A DNA stretch of 64,000 bases. It comes from an uncultured Bacilli bacterium. GTDB lineage: Bacteria > Bacillota_I > Bacilli_A > RF39 > UBA660. The position numbers and the translations under genes are program-made. Below the pieces are notes generated by a model. That model was given only the letters and a program-made list of their open reading frames with translations. It searched no databases and was not told the origin of the DNA. Below, one piece after another: positions 48,590 through 58,748 of the stretch (position 1 is its first letter; each line of letters begins with the position of its first letter). The stretch is taken from contig CAKOIF010000002.1 in NCBI GenBank assembly GCA_934086485.1, forward strand, positions 33,953 through 97,952. Reading direction: 5' to 3'.

Positions 48590-48689
48590 AAATACCTCTA
48601 TAAAATATTATAACAAATTTTTTTTGTTTTTATAGATTAAAGTTGACTATTTTAGAAAAAATTATTAATATTTACTTATGAGGTAAAAA

Positions 48690-49403
48690 ATGAATATAAA
48701 ATTTATAGGAACAGGTTCTATGATATCAAATGATAATCAGGCAGCATATTTAGTAAATGATAATATAATGGTTGATTTTCCCCAGGGAACAATGAAAATA
48801 CTAAAAAGAAATAATTTAAATGAGCAAATTAAATATATCTTTATAACTCATACTCACGCAGATCACTTTTTTGATTTACCATTTATAATATTAGACTTTT
48901 ATCAAAGAAAACAAAAGTTAAATATTGTTATATGTAAAAAAGATAGGAAGAAAGTTTTAAAACTATTAAAACTCGGTTTTCCAGGATTATTTTATGAATT
49001 TTTACTTAATAAAACAATTAATTTTATTGATAATAAAAATGTAATTAAAATTGATAATCTAACTATTTCAAGTTATAAAACAGTTCATGGTGTAATGAAA
49101 AACTGTTTCGGTTATGTTTTTAAATATAATGATAGAAAGATAGTTTTTACTGGAGATACTACAATATGTGATAATTTACTTGATAATATTATAGATGCAG
49201 ATTATTTAATTTGTGATGTTACTAATAAAATAGGTAATAATTTTCATTTAGGAGTAGATGATATAAAACAATTTTTAAACGAATATAAAAACTTAAAGAT
49301 TATTCCCTCACATATGGGAAAAAATTCTAAAAAGGAACTTTTAGAATGTAAAAATCAAAACCTTATTATTAAAGAAGATATGGAAGATTTAATAGTTCAC
49401 TAA
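48690..49403 (+). CDS. MBL-fold metallo-hydrolase
   Basis: HxHxDH motif (THTHADHF); 237 aa. Confidence 0.8.
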   Translation: MNIKFIGTGSMISNDNQAAYLVNDNIMVDFPQGTMKILKRNNLNEQIKYIFITHTHADHFFDLPFIILDFYQRKQKLNIVICKKDRKKVLKLLKLGFPGLFYEFLLNKTINFIDNKNVIKIDNLTISSYKTVHGVMKNCFGYVFKYNDRKIVFTGDTTICDNLLDNIIDADYLICDVTNKIGNNFHLGVDDIKQFLNEYKNLKIIPSHMGKNSKKELLECKNQNLIIKEDMEDLIVH

Positions 49404-49490
49404 ACTATTATTTTTTTATAAAAAATTAATAAATATAAAAATTATCTAAAACCTTCGCAATTCCAGTGTTTACCTTGTTCGTTTTTTCGC

Positions 49491-49532
49491 AAATGTTACA
49501 CATTTAGGAAAAATTGTTGCCCATTTTATGTA
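49491..49532 (+). promoter_or_regulatory. operator-like repeat, copy 1 (palindrome AAATGT-N3-ACATTT plus GGAAAAATTGTTGCCC)
   Basis: 15-nt palindrome at 49491-49505. The ~42-nt unit recurs at 49609-49649. Confidence 0.5.
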
Positions 49533-49608
49533 CCTTATACCTTAATATTAGCATTTTTTTTTGCTGTTTACAATAACCATTTGTGTAAAATCGATGATGA
49601 TTTTTCCT

Positions 49609-49649
49609 AAATGTGTAACATTTAAGAAAATTGATGTCCCTATTTATGG
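49609..49649 (+). promoter_or_regulatory. operator-like repeat, copy 2, immediately upstream of RBS of 49664 gene
   Basis: AAATGTGTAACATTT palindrome at 49609-49623, followed by AAGAAAATTGATGTCCC. Confidence 0.5.
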
Positions 49650-49663
49650 GAATTGGAGTGGTT

Positions 49664-51208
49664 ATGAAGAAAAAAGTAAAAACTATATTGTTCGTATTTA
49701 TTGTTATAGGGGTAGTAATACTCAATATTACCTATAAAAATAAAAATGAAGTAACCAAAACAAAACGTAAAAAACAAAATAATTTAGCAATAATGATTAA
49801 GGAAGATGGTGCATCTGATTATACTAAATCAAGCTCAAAAGATATTCCAAAAGGAAATTATGTTTTAAATAGAGATAAAAGTTATTGCAAAAATAATGGC
49901 GTCATTGGCGATTATGATAATACTTTAGGAAAGATAAGTTTTTCATTTATTGGAACAGATAGTTGTTATTTATATTTTGATGTAATAACTGATACAGAGA
50001 AACCAGTAATATCTAATTTGTTAGTCAATGATACAACCGTAACAGCAACACTTACAGATAATGTTGAACTATCTGGATATGGAATAAGTACAAGTAACAG
50101 CACTGAACCATCAAGTTGGACTACAATAAGTGGAACATCTTATAACTTAAGTACTACAATAACTACTGAGGGAACATATTATTTATGGGTAAAAGATAGT
50201 AGTGATAATAAAACCATATCGGAAGCAATAGATTTAGAAAAGAAAGGCTATCAAACAATACTAATAAATAATGGTGGAGGTGCAACAACAGTAGATGCTG
50301 CAATAAGTTACATAAAAGAAAAGGGTACACCAAATTTTGCAAATACAGCAACAACCAATGAAGGAATGTATGCAGCCGAGGATGATTTAGGAACATCATA
50401 TTATTTCAGAGGAGCAGTAAATAATAATTGGGTAAAATTTGGAAAAGATAGTTCCAATAAAGATATGTATTGGAGGATAATAAGAATAAACGGTGATGGT
50501 TCAATAAGAATAATTTATAGTGGAATAACCGCTCCAGCAAGTAGTACAGCAACAGTAATGACTGGAACAGATACCCAAATAAGTACAGCTTATTTTAATA
50601 GTAGTTATACTAATGCATCGTATGTAGGATATATGTATACAAATGGCCAGCAACACGGAAATAATACATCAAGTACAATAAAAACCACATTGGAAAACTG
50701 GTATGCAGGAACAATATTAAAGGATAATGATTTAGTGGCAGACCAAATATTCTGCAATGATAGAAGTGTAACAAGTGGAATGTGGTCATCATCGCCATCA
50801 TCAAATTTATATTATGCACCATATACAAGATTGTATACAAACAAAAGCCCAAAACTAACTTGTACAACTTTGAACGACAAATTCTCTATAAATACAAGTA
50901 ATGGAAATGGTGTGTTAACCTACCCAGTGGGCTTAATAACAGCAGACGAAGTAGCAATGGCAGGAGGAGTATTTAATATAAGTAATACTACTTATTATTT
51001 GTATACAAACCAAAGTTATTGGTCTGGTTCCCCAGGTTATTTCTATAGTAGTAGTTCATTTGTAACAAATTTGTTTGTAAATTCTTCTGGTAGTTTAAGC
51101 CTTAATGCTTTTTTTATTGCTTCTGGAATCAGGCCTGTTATTAGTCTATCCTCTAAAGCCAAGTTATCGGGCAATGGAACATATAATGATGTTTACACAG
51201 TAAATTAA
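49664..51208 (+). CDS. membrane-anchored surface protein, unknown function
   Basis: GGAGTGG RBS, ATG 49664, N-terminal TM, Ser/Thr-rich beta-type extracellular region; C-terminal GIRPVISL-type motif seen in uncharacterised Firmicute surface proteins. Confidence 0.6.
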   Translation: MKKKVKTILFVFIVIGVVILNITYKNKNEVTKTKRKKQNNLAIMIKEDGASDYTKSSSKDIPKGNYVLNRDKSYCKNNGVIGDYDNTLGKISFSFIGTDSCYLYFDVITDTEKPVISNLLVNDTTVTATLTDNVELSGYGISTSNSTEPSSWTTISGTSYNLSTTITTEGTYYLWVKDSSDNKTISEAIDLEKKGYQTILINNGGGATTVDAAISYIKEKGTPNFANTATTNEGMYAAEDDLGTSYYFRGAVNNNWVKFGKDSSNKDMYWRIIRINGDGSIRIIYSGITAPASSTATVMTGTDTQISTAYFNSSYTNASYVGYMYTNGQQHGNNTSSTIKTTLENWYAGTILKDNDLVADQIFCNDRSVTSGMWSSSPSSNLYYAPYTRLYTNKSPKLTCTTLNDKFSINTSNGNGVLTYPVGLITADEVAMAGGVFNISNTTYYLYTNQSYWSGSPGYFYSSSSFVTNLFVNSSGSLSLNAFFIASGIRPVISLSSKAKLSGNGTYNDVYTVN

Positions 51209-51351
51209 GCCATATGAGGCCCCCATTAACTTAACTGTGTGTCTAACAGTAATTAATAATATAGTTGTAAATAAAAATTGCATTTTTTTCATAATCTAAT
51301 TGAAAGAAAAAGTTTTATATGGTATTATTGATATGATAGGAAGGGTAGATT

Positions 51352-53772
51352 ATGGCTAGTTTTGGAAAACATTTTACAGTTAATGAAAAAGATGGATTAT
51401 CATTACCAACTGCAGTACATAAAGGTGATTTTTATAGAATAACAGTTCTTACAGATAGACTTGTTAGACTTGAGTATTCAGTATCTGGTAATTTTGTTGA
51501 TAATTTAACCGATTTAGTTTCAAATCGTAATTTTCCTGTACCTAGTTATACTTTCGAAGAGGATGATAAATATATGGTAATAACTACCAAATATTTTACA
51601 CTTCAATATATGAAAGAAAAACCCTTTAAAGGACCTTCTTTTGCACCGGATACTAATTTAAAAGTTAAACTACTTAATACGGATAAAATATGGTACTATG
51701 GACATCCTGAAGCAAGAAATTTCTTAGCAAGTTCATTTTCTCTTGATAACTATAATGGAATTTATAATAAACTTGAAAAAGGGTTATATTCAACAGATGG
51801 CTTTGCAACACTAGATGATTCTGATCCATTAATTACTAATGAACTTGGTATATTAAATAAATCTACAGAAAGTCATATTGACTTATATCTATTTATGTAT
51901 AAAAGAGATTTTGGTCTATGCTTAAAAGATTATTTTGCTTTAACTGGACTTCCTACACTACTTCCTAGATATGCTTTTGGTGTATGGTGGAATAGAGATA
52001 TAATTTATTCAATGGATAACGTTAAGGCGCTATTAACATCCTTTAATAATAATGAAATACCAATTAGTGTACTTCTTTTAAATGAATTTTGGCATACTAA
52101 AAATAAAGATAATATTTTAGCAAATAAAACAGGTTTTACATTTAATAAAGAATTATTTTATAGTCCAACAGAACTAACTAATTATTTTCATGAAAGAGGA
52201 GTTAGACTTGGACTTGAACTTGATCCAACCGAAGGAATTAAACCAACTGAGGAAGCCTACCCAGAGTTTGCTGAGGAATTAAATTATAAAAATAATGAAA
52301 CAATTCCATTTTTAGCATTTGATAAAATGTTTATAATTTTATATTTTGAAAAACTAATTAATCCACTTACAAAACTTGATATAGATTTTTATTTTCTTGA
52401 TTATAAAAAAGATATTAAATCTCTTAGGGCACTTACTTATTATCATATAAAAGACTTTATGCAAAGTGAATATAAAAGACCAATGCTCCTTGCTCGAAAT
52501 ACAATGGTGGCTTCACATAAAAATGCGGTTTTATATTCAGGCCAAACAATAGTAAGTTGGAATACACTTAAATATTTACCATTTTTTAATAGCAGTGCAA
52601 GTAATATAGGACTTTCTTGGTGGAGTCATGATATTGGTGGTTTTAAAGATGGTGTTGAGGATGCTGAACTTTATATGAGATATGTTCAGTTTGGTACATT
52701 TAGTCCAATATTTAGATTTAGTGCAAAAAGAGGTATTTATTATAAAAGAGAGCCTTGGCTATGGGATTATAAAACTTATAATATTGTAAAAGAATATACA
52801 AATTTAAGGCATAAATTAATACCATATTTATATACTGAGAACTATTACTATGCTAAAAAAGGTATGCCACTTATTCAACCAATTTATTATAACTATCCTG
52901 AAATGTATGATGAACCGGAGTATCGTAATGAATATTACTTTGGAAGTGAATTCTTTGTTTGTCCAATTACAAAACCAATGGATAATGTAATGAATAGATC
53001 TGTTCAAAGAACATTTATACCTAAAGGAATATGGTATGACTTTAAAACTGGCAAAAAATTTGTTGGTGATAAAAGATATATAACATTCCATAAAGATGAA
53101 GATTATCCTGTATTTGCAAAAGCAGGAGCAATTATTCCAATGGCAAGTATTACCTCAAATTATAATTTTACAGGAAATCCAGAAAAATTAGATATTCACG
53201 TATTTCCTGGTAAAAGTAATTCATATCACTTATATGAAGATGATGGAGTTACAAGGCTTTATGAGCAAGGTTATTATGTAATTAGTGCAATTGATTATAA
53301 TTATATGCAAAATAATTATAGTTTAATAATTCATCCTTTAGAGGGAAAAACTGCAATAATACCTGCGACAAGAGATTATAATATTATATTTAGAAATACT
53401 AAGGAAGCAAGTAAAGTTGAGGTATTTATTAATGGAGAAAAACTTGATAGTAGTGCATACTCTATTAATGTAAAAGATGATAGTTTTATAGTTAGTGTAC
53501 CGGAAGTAGATACAACAAAACAATTAACTGTTAATTGTAGTGGTAAAGATATCGAAATAGATGCAGCAAGAATTATTAATGAAGATATAAATTCAATTAT
53601 AACTGATTTAAAAATTAAAACTAAATTAAAAGAGCAACTATATAAAATTGTCTTTAGTAATATGGAAATTAAAAAGAAAAGAATTGCTATTAAAAAACTA
53701 AGAAGTAAAGGCTTAGAATCTAGATTTATAAGAATGTTTATGAAATTATATGATTATTTAATTGAAATTTAA
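51352..53772 (+). CDS. glycoside hydrolase family 31 (alpha-glucosidase/alpha-xylosidase-like)
   Basis: 806 aa; conserved WWSHDIGGF block and GH31 domain order. Confidence 0.85.
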   Translation: MASFGKHFTVNEKDGLSLPTAVHKGDFYRITVLTDRLVRLEYSVSGNFVDNLTDLVSNRNFPVPSYTFEEDDKYMVITTKYFTLQYMKEKPFKGPSFAPDTNLKVKLLNTDKIWYYGHPEARNFLASSFSLDNYNGIYNKLEKGLYSTDGFATLDDSDPLITNELGILNKSTESHIDLYLFMYKRDFGLCLKDYFALTGLPTLLPRYAFGVWWNRDIIYSMDNVKALLTSFNNNEIPISVLLLNEFWHTKNKDNILANKTGFTFNKELFYSPTELTNYFHERGVRLGLELDPTEGIKPTEEAYPEFAEELNYKNNETIPFLAFDKMFIILYFEKLINPLTKLDIDFYFLDYKKDIKSLRALTYYHIKDFMQSEYKRPMLLARNTMVASHKNAVLYSGQTIVSWNTLKYLPFFNSSASNIGLSWWSHDIGGFKDGVEDAELYMRYVQFGTFSPIFRFSAKRGIYYKREPWLWDYKTYNIVKEYTNLRHKLIPYLYTENYYYAKKGMPLIQPIYYNYPEMYDEPEYRNEYYFGSEFFVCPITKPMDNVMNRSVQRTFIPKGIWYDFKTGKKFVGDKRYITFHKDEDYPVFAKAGAIIPMASITSNYNFTGNPEKLDIHVFPGKSNSYHLYEDDGVTRLYEQGYYVISAIDYNYMQNNYSLIIHPLEGKTAIIPATRDYNIIFRNTKEASKVEVFINGEKLDSSAYSINVKDDSFIVSVPEVDTTKQLTVNCSGKDIEIDAARIINEDINSIITDLKIKTKLKEQLYKIVFSNMEIKKKRIAIKKLRSKGLESRFIRMFMKLYDYLIEI

Positions 53773-53796
53773 AAAAAAGTATTGTATAATGTGCTT

Positions 53797-53980
53797 AAGC
53801 AAAGGAAAAAAGAGTAGTAAATATGCTAAGTTTTATAGAAAGCTAATGGTTGATGAAAATTAGTAAACTTGTATATTGAACTTGCTTTTGGATGCAAATG
53901 GGGTAATTTCCGTATCAATTAAATAAGTTAAATTAAAGGTGGTACCGTGCAATATGCACCCTTTTGTACTACTTTTTTTA
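53797..53980 (+). promoter_or_regulatory. T-box leader (tRNA-Leu sensing) with terminator/antiterminator
   Basis: Promoter TGTATAAT at 53783-53790. T-box sequence AAAGGTGGTACCGTG at 53935-53949, then a hairpin and T-run. Candidate Leu specifier is UUA (53860-53862) or CUU (53868-53870). Confidence 0.75.
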
Positions 53981-53992
53981 TTGGAGGAAAAG

Positions 53993-54376
53993 ATGAAAAG
54001 AGTATTAATTGTATGTTTAATTGTATTTATAGTTTTATGTGTAGTACTATATTTTTATGACATGTATATGTTTAATGTTATGCGTAAAAATAAGAAAAAT
54101 AAAAAGAATAAAGAAAAATATTTATTTTCAGTTAGGTATTTAATGGCAAAATTTAAACTGCCAAAAGAATTACTTATTCAAAATAAAATGGCATTTATAT
54201 ATAGTTTAATTGATGCCTTTATAATAACAATTGTATTTATGATTATAGAACTTATTGATCTTCCGTTTTACATTCAAATATTAATAGGATTTGCATTATT
54301 ATTTGGACTTATATATGCGACGTATGAACTTCTTGGAAGATATTTAGAAAGGAAAGAAAATAATGAACGAATTTAA
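53993..54376 (+). CDS. small membrane protein between T-box and leuS
   Basis: GGAGG RBS, ATG 53993, three hydrophobic helices, basic KNKKNKKNK loop; overlaps the leuS start. Confidence 0.5.
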   Translation: MKRVLIVCLIVFIVLCVVLYFYDMYMFNVMRKNKKNKKNKEKYLFSVRYLMAKFKLPKELLIQNKMAFIYSLIDAFIITIVFMIIELIDLPFYIQILIGFALLFGLIYATYELLGRYLERKENNERI

Positions 54377-56777
54377 TCAAATTGAAAAAAAATGGCAAAA
54401 ATATTGGGAAGATAACAAATGTTTTGAGGCTGTTAATGGTAGTGAAAAGAAACCCTATTATATTTTGGTAGAATTTCCTTATCCATCAGGTTCTGGTCTT
54501 CATGTAGGTCATGTAAGAAGTTATACTGCTCAAGATGCAAAAGCAAGAATGAAAAGACTAGAGGGTTATAATGTTTTATATCCAATGGGATGGGATGCCT
54601 TTGGTGCTCCAGCAGAACAATATGCAATAAAAAATCATATTCATCCTAAAGAAGCTGTAAAAGAAAATATTGCAACTTTTAAAAGGCAAATGAAGACACT
54701 TGGATTTTCATTTGATTGGGATAGAGAATTTTCTACAACTGATCCGGAATATTATAAATGGACTCAATGGCAATTTTTGAAATTTTATGAGCATAATATG
54801 GCTTATAAAGCAACTGCTTCAGTAAATTGGTGTAATACATGTAAAACTGTTCTTTCAAATGAAGATGCCGCCGGTGGAGTATGTGAAAGATGTGGAAGCA
54901 CAGTTGTTCAAAAAGAAAAAAATCAGTGGATGCTAAAAATGAGTGAATATGCTCAAAGTCTTCTTGATGGTCTTGAGGAAACAGCTTTTGCTGATAGAGT
55001 TAAATTAGGTCAAATAAATTGGATTGGAAAGTCTACCGGAGTTGAAGTTGAAATAGAACTTACAACAGGAGGAAAGTTTTCAATATTTACAACTTGCATT
55101 GAAACAATTTATGGTGTTACATTTTTTGTAATTGCTCCAGATGGCAAACTTATTAAAGAGTTAATGCCAAAGATCGAAAATAAAGAGGAAGTACAAAATT
55201 ATATTTTAGAAACATCAAAAAAATCTAATATGGATAGAACTAGTCTTAATAAAACAAAAACAGGTTGCATTCTAAAGGGTATTGAAGCTATTAATCCTGT
55301 TAATGGAAAAAAAGTTCCTGTGTTTGTCGGAGACTTTGTACTAGGTAGTTATGGAACTGGTGCAGTTATGGCAGTACCTGCCCATGATGCAAGAGATTAT
55401 GAATATGCAAAAGTACATAATTTGGAAATGATTGAGGTTATTTCAGGTGGAAATATAAAAGAAAATGCCTATGAAAAAGAGGATTATCTTCCTATAAATC
55501 CTAAACTTGTTAATAGTGAGGAATTTACCGGACTTACAGTTAGTGAAGCCAAAGAAAAAATAACAGAAAAACTTGTTAATATGGGTAAAGCTAAAGTAGT
55601 TAATAACTATAAAATGCGTGATTGGATTTTCTCTAGACAAAGATTTTGGGGTGAACCAATTCCAATGATTAATTGTCCTAAATGTGGTTGGGTTCCAGTG
55701 CCTGAAAATGAACTTCCAGTTTTACTTCCAGATGTTGCTAACTATGAACCAACTGATGATGGCGAAAGTCCACTTGCAAAAATTACTGATTGGGTAAATT
55801 GTAAATGTCCTAAATGTGGTGCTGATGCCAAAAGAGAAACAGACACTATGCCAAACTGGGCAGGATCAAGTTGGTATTTCTTAAGATTTATGGATTCACA
55901 TAATGATAAAGAATTTGCCTCAATGGATGCAATGAAGTATTGGGGTAAAGTTGATTGGTATAATGGAGGAATGGAACATACAGCAAGACATTTGCTTTAT
56001 GCGAGGTTCTGGGTACAATTTTTGTATAATATTGGTCTAGTTCCTAATAAAGAAATGATTTATAAAAGAGTAAGTCATGGTATGGTTCTTGGTTCTAACA
56101 ATGAAAAAATGAGTAAAAGTAAAGGTAATGTTATTAATCCAGATGATATTGTTAATGAATTTGGTGCTGATACATTAAGACTTTATGAAATGTTTATGGG
56201 TGATTATAAAGAAGATGTCCCTTGGAGTACAGAAAGTTTAAAAGGATGTAAAAGATTTATTGATAAAGTTATAAGATTAAAAGATACTTTAAATGATAAT
56301 GCTGGTTTTACTAAAGATTTAGAAAAAATACAAAATCAAACTATAAAAAAAGTAACGTATGACCTAGATAATATGGCCTATAATACAGCAGTATCAAGTT
56401 TAATGATTTTGACAAATGCTTATCAAGATGCAAAATCAATTTCTAAAGAAGATTATAGATTACTTCTTACACTTTTAAATCCAATAGCACCACATATTAC
56501 TGAGGAGTTAAATGAAAGTATTGGTTTTAGCCCGATTGTAAACAGTACTTGGTCAGTATATGATGAAGAAAAAACTAAGGATACAACTGTTACCATAGCA
56601 GTATCTGTTAATGGTAAAGTAAGAGGAAAACTTGAGGTTGATGTTAATACACCTTCTGATATACTTCAGGAAAAAGCATTTGCACTTCCAAATGTTCAAA
56701 ACTTTACAAATGGTAAGGAAATAGTTAAGGTTATTACTATTCCAAATAAAATAGTAAATATCGTAGTAAAGGGTTAA
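54363..56777 (+). CDS. leuS: leucine--tRNA ligase
   Basis: HIGH-type motif (GLHVGHVRSY), KMSKS motif, CP1 editing domain, zinc-finger Cys pairs; 804 aa. Confidence 0.95.
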   Translation: MNEFNQIEKKWQKYWEDNKCFEAVNGSEKKPYYILVEFPYPSGSGLHVGHVRSYTAQDAKARMKRLEGYNVLYPMGWDAFGAPAEQYAIKNHIHPKEAVKENIATFKRQMKTLGFSFDWDREFSTTDPEYYKWTQWQFLKFYEHNMAYKATASVNWCNTCKTVLSNEDAAGGVCERCGSTVVQKEKNQWMLKMSEYAQSLLDGLEETAFADRVKLGQINWIGKSTGVEVEIELTTGGKFSIFTTCIETIYGVTFFVIAPDGKLIKELMPKIENKEEVQNYILETSKKSNMDRTSLNKTKTGCILKGIEAINPVNGKKVPVFVGDFVLGSYGTGAVMAVPAHDARDYEYAKVHNLEMIEVISGGNIKENAYEKEDYLPINPKLVNSEEFTGLTVSEAKEKITEKLVNMGKAKVVNNYKMRDWIFSRQRFWGEPIPMINCPKCGWVPVPENELPVLLPDVANYEPTDDGESPLAKITDWVNCKCPKCGADAKRETDTMPNWAGSSWYFLRFMDSHNDKEFASMDAMKYWGKVDWYNGGMEHTARHLLYARFWVQFLYNIGLVPNKEMIYKRVSHGMVLGSNNEKMSKSKGNVINPDDIVNEFGADTLRLYEMFMGDYKEDVPWSTESLKGCKRFIDKVIRLKDTLNDNAGFTKDLEKIQNQTIKKVTYDLDNMAYNTAVSSLMILTNAYQDAKSISKEDYRLLLTLLNPIAPHITEELNESIGFSPIVNSTWSVYDEEKTKDTTVTIAVSVNGKVRGKLEVDVNTPSDILQEKAFALPNVQNFTNGKEIVKVITIPNKIVNIVVKG

Positions 56778-56793
56778 AAACCCTTTTCTTTAT

Positions 56794-56889
56794 GGAAAAA
56801 TGTGTAAAAAGTTTAAAAAACTGTTGGAAATTTGTGTAAAATCTATTAAAAATAGTTGGAATTTTGTGTAAACTATTTATACTTGTTAA
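56794..56889. repeat. three tandem 32-nt repeats, each with a TGTGTAAA core
   Basis: Units start GGAAAAATGTGTAAAAAG / GGAAATTTGTGTAAAATC / GGAATTTTGTGTAAACTA at 56794, 56826 and 56858. Confidence 0.8.
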
Positions 56890-56935
56890 GTAAAAGTAGT
56901 AGTAAATATGTATCTTAAGTGTTATAATTCTAATT

Positions 56936-57592
56936 ATGAAAAAGGAAAAATTGGATATTTTATTCGAAGATAAATTTTTAATAATTGTAAATAAGAAAAG
57001 TGGTATACTTACAATTGCAAATGATAAAGAAAAAGAGAAAACTTTATATCACGAAGTTCATGAATATTTATGGAGAAAAAATAAAAATAATAAAGTATTT
57101 ATAATTCATAGACTTGATAAAGATACAAGTGGAATAGTTATTTTTGCAAAAAATGATAAGGTTAAAAGAATTATGCAAGATAATTGGGAAAGTGTTCAAA
57201 GATATTACTATGCATTATGCCACGGAAGTTTTAAATGTAAAAGTGGAACCATAACAAATTATTTAAAGGAAACTAAAACTTTAATGGTTTATGATACTAA
57301 AAATGAAAAAATAGGTGATAAAGCTATTACTAAGTATGAAGTTATTGATAATGAAAATAATAAAACTTTAGTAAATATAAATATTTTAACAGGTAAGAAA
57401 AACCAAATTAGAGTGGCTATGCAAAGTATAAATCATCCAATATATGGAGATAAAAAATATGGTAAAAAAGATGGTATGAGAAATTTATGTTTACATGCTT
57501 ATAAAGTTATTTTTATTCATCCAGTTACAAAAAAAGAAATCGTTATTGAGGCAAAAATGCCTAAATATATGAATATAAAAAAAGAAAGTTAA
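56936..57592 (+). CDS. RluA-family pseudouridine synthase
   Basis: Catalytic HRLDKDTSG motif; 218 aa, no S4 domain. Confidence 0.85.
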   Translation: MKKEKLDILFEDKFLIIVNKKSGILTIANDKEKEKTLYHEVHEYLWRKNKNNKVFIIHRLDKDTSGIVIFAKNDKVKRIMQDNWESVQRYYYALCHGSFKCKSGTITNYLKETKTLMVYDTKNEKIGDKAITKYEVIDNENNKTLVNINILTGKKNQIRVAMQSINHPIYGDKKYGKKDGMRNLCLHAYKVIFIHPVTKKEIVIEAKMPKYMNIKKES

Positions 57593-57650
57593 TCCTTTCT
57601 TCGACAAAATTTTTAAAATCTATGTTTTATACTATAATAGGTGAAGGCAT

Positions 57651-57821
57651 ATGAAAGTAAAATTATTTGATGAAAGTCATGAAAAAGATTTAGAAAAAGT
57701 AATAAATCTTTTTTTAAATGAGGGAAACTATGATATAATAGATATTAAGTTTCAGGTTGCTATAGCAGTTTGTGGTGAAGAACAAATATATTGTTTTAGC
57801 GCTATGATAATTTATAATTAA
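57651..57821 (+). CDS. cse60: sporulation protein Cse60-like (56 aa)
   Basis: MKVKLFDESHEKDLEKVINLFL...IDIKFQVA matches the Cse60 pattern; GTGAAGG RBS; below ORF-track cutoff. Confidence 0.6.
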   Translation: MKVKLFDESHEKDLEKVINLFLNEGNYDIIDIKFQVAIAVCGEEQIYCFSAMIIYN

Positions 57822-58069
57822 AGCATATACATATTATTAGAATCTATGTTAATGTCATCAGTGGAATAACTAGTATTTTCAAGACTTGATATTCTTTTAT
57901 CTAACCTAGCAATTTGTCTTTCAATCTTTGCAAGTCTTTCCTCTAAATCAATATTATTTTGATTATAAAATTGGTTATTCATTGGCATCATATTTGGCAT
58001 AAAACCATTTTGAGGCATCATCATACTTTGATTTTCAAAAAATGAGTTTCTATTTTTTTTCATAGGCAT
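57818..58069 (-). CDS. small Met/Asn/Gln-rich protein with coiled-coil
   Basis: 83-aa ORF; low-complexity N-terminus then LEERLAKIERQIARLDKRISSLE; no family recognised. Confidence 0.4.
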   Translation of the reverse strand: MPMKKNRNSFFENQSMMMPQNGFMPNMMPMNNQFYNQNNIDLEERLAKIERQIARLDKRISSLENTSYSTDDINIDSNNMYML

Positions 58070-58113
58070 TCCTTTCTAATGATAATATATGTTTAAAAAA
58101 AGGAAGTGTTATT

Positions 58114-58719
58114 ATGAGAATGAGAAACCCTAAAAATATGGATGAAATACTAAATAGTTGTAACTATTTTTTAACTGATAATTTATTTAATAATAATAAT
58201 GATATATGTTTAGAAATTGGTATGGGTAAAGGTAATTTCTTACTTGGAATGTGTTTGAATCATCCAAATATTAATTACATTGGTGTAGAAAAATATTCCA
58301 GTGTTATTTGTAGTGCAATAAAAAAAATTAATGAATATGAATTAGATAATTTAAAGATACTTAACATAGATGTTATGGATATTCCACAGTATTTATATGG
58401 AAAAATAAAAACAATTTATTTGAATTTTTCTGATCCTTGGCCTAAAAAAAGAAATACTAAACGAAGACTTACATCAGAAAATTTCTTAAAATTGTATGAT
58501 AATTTATTTAAGGGTGAAAAACATATTATTTTAAAAACAGATAACGATGATTTTTATGAATTTTCAAAAGAAAGTCTACTTTCATATGGCTATAAAATAA
58601 TAAATGAAACTTATGATTTACATAATAGTGATATAACTGATAGTCCTAAAACAGAATATGAAGAGAAATTTTCTTCTCAAGGTGTTAAAATAAAATATAT
58701 AGAAGTAATAAAAAAATAG
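58114..58719 (+). CDS. trmB: tRNA (guanine-N7)-methyltransferase
   Basis: SAM-binding EIGMGKGNF, FSDPWPKKR motif; 201 aa. Confidence 0.85.
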   Translation: MRMRNPKNMDEILNSCNYFLTDNLFNNNNDICLEIGMGKGNFLLGMCLNHPNINYIGVEKYSSVICSAIKKINEYELDNLKILNIDVMDIPQYLYGKIKTIYLNFSDPWPKKRNTKRRLTSENFLKLYDNLFKGEKHIILKTDNDDFYEFSKESLLSYGYKIINETYDLHNSDITDSPKTEYEEKFSSQGVKIKYIEVIKK

Positions 58720-58748
58720 TGATATAATATTGATGTAAGGATGATATA

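Noticed and set aside
49504-49725. 73-aa minus-strand ORF across the operator-repeat region
   Set aside because: It spans the intergenic repeats and the start of the plus-strand surface-protein gene. It has no RBS and an implausible composition.
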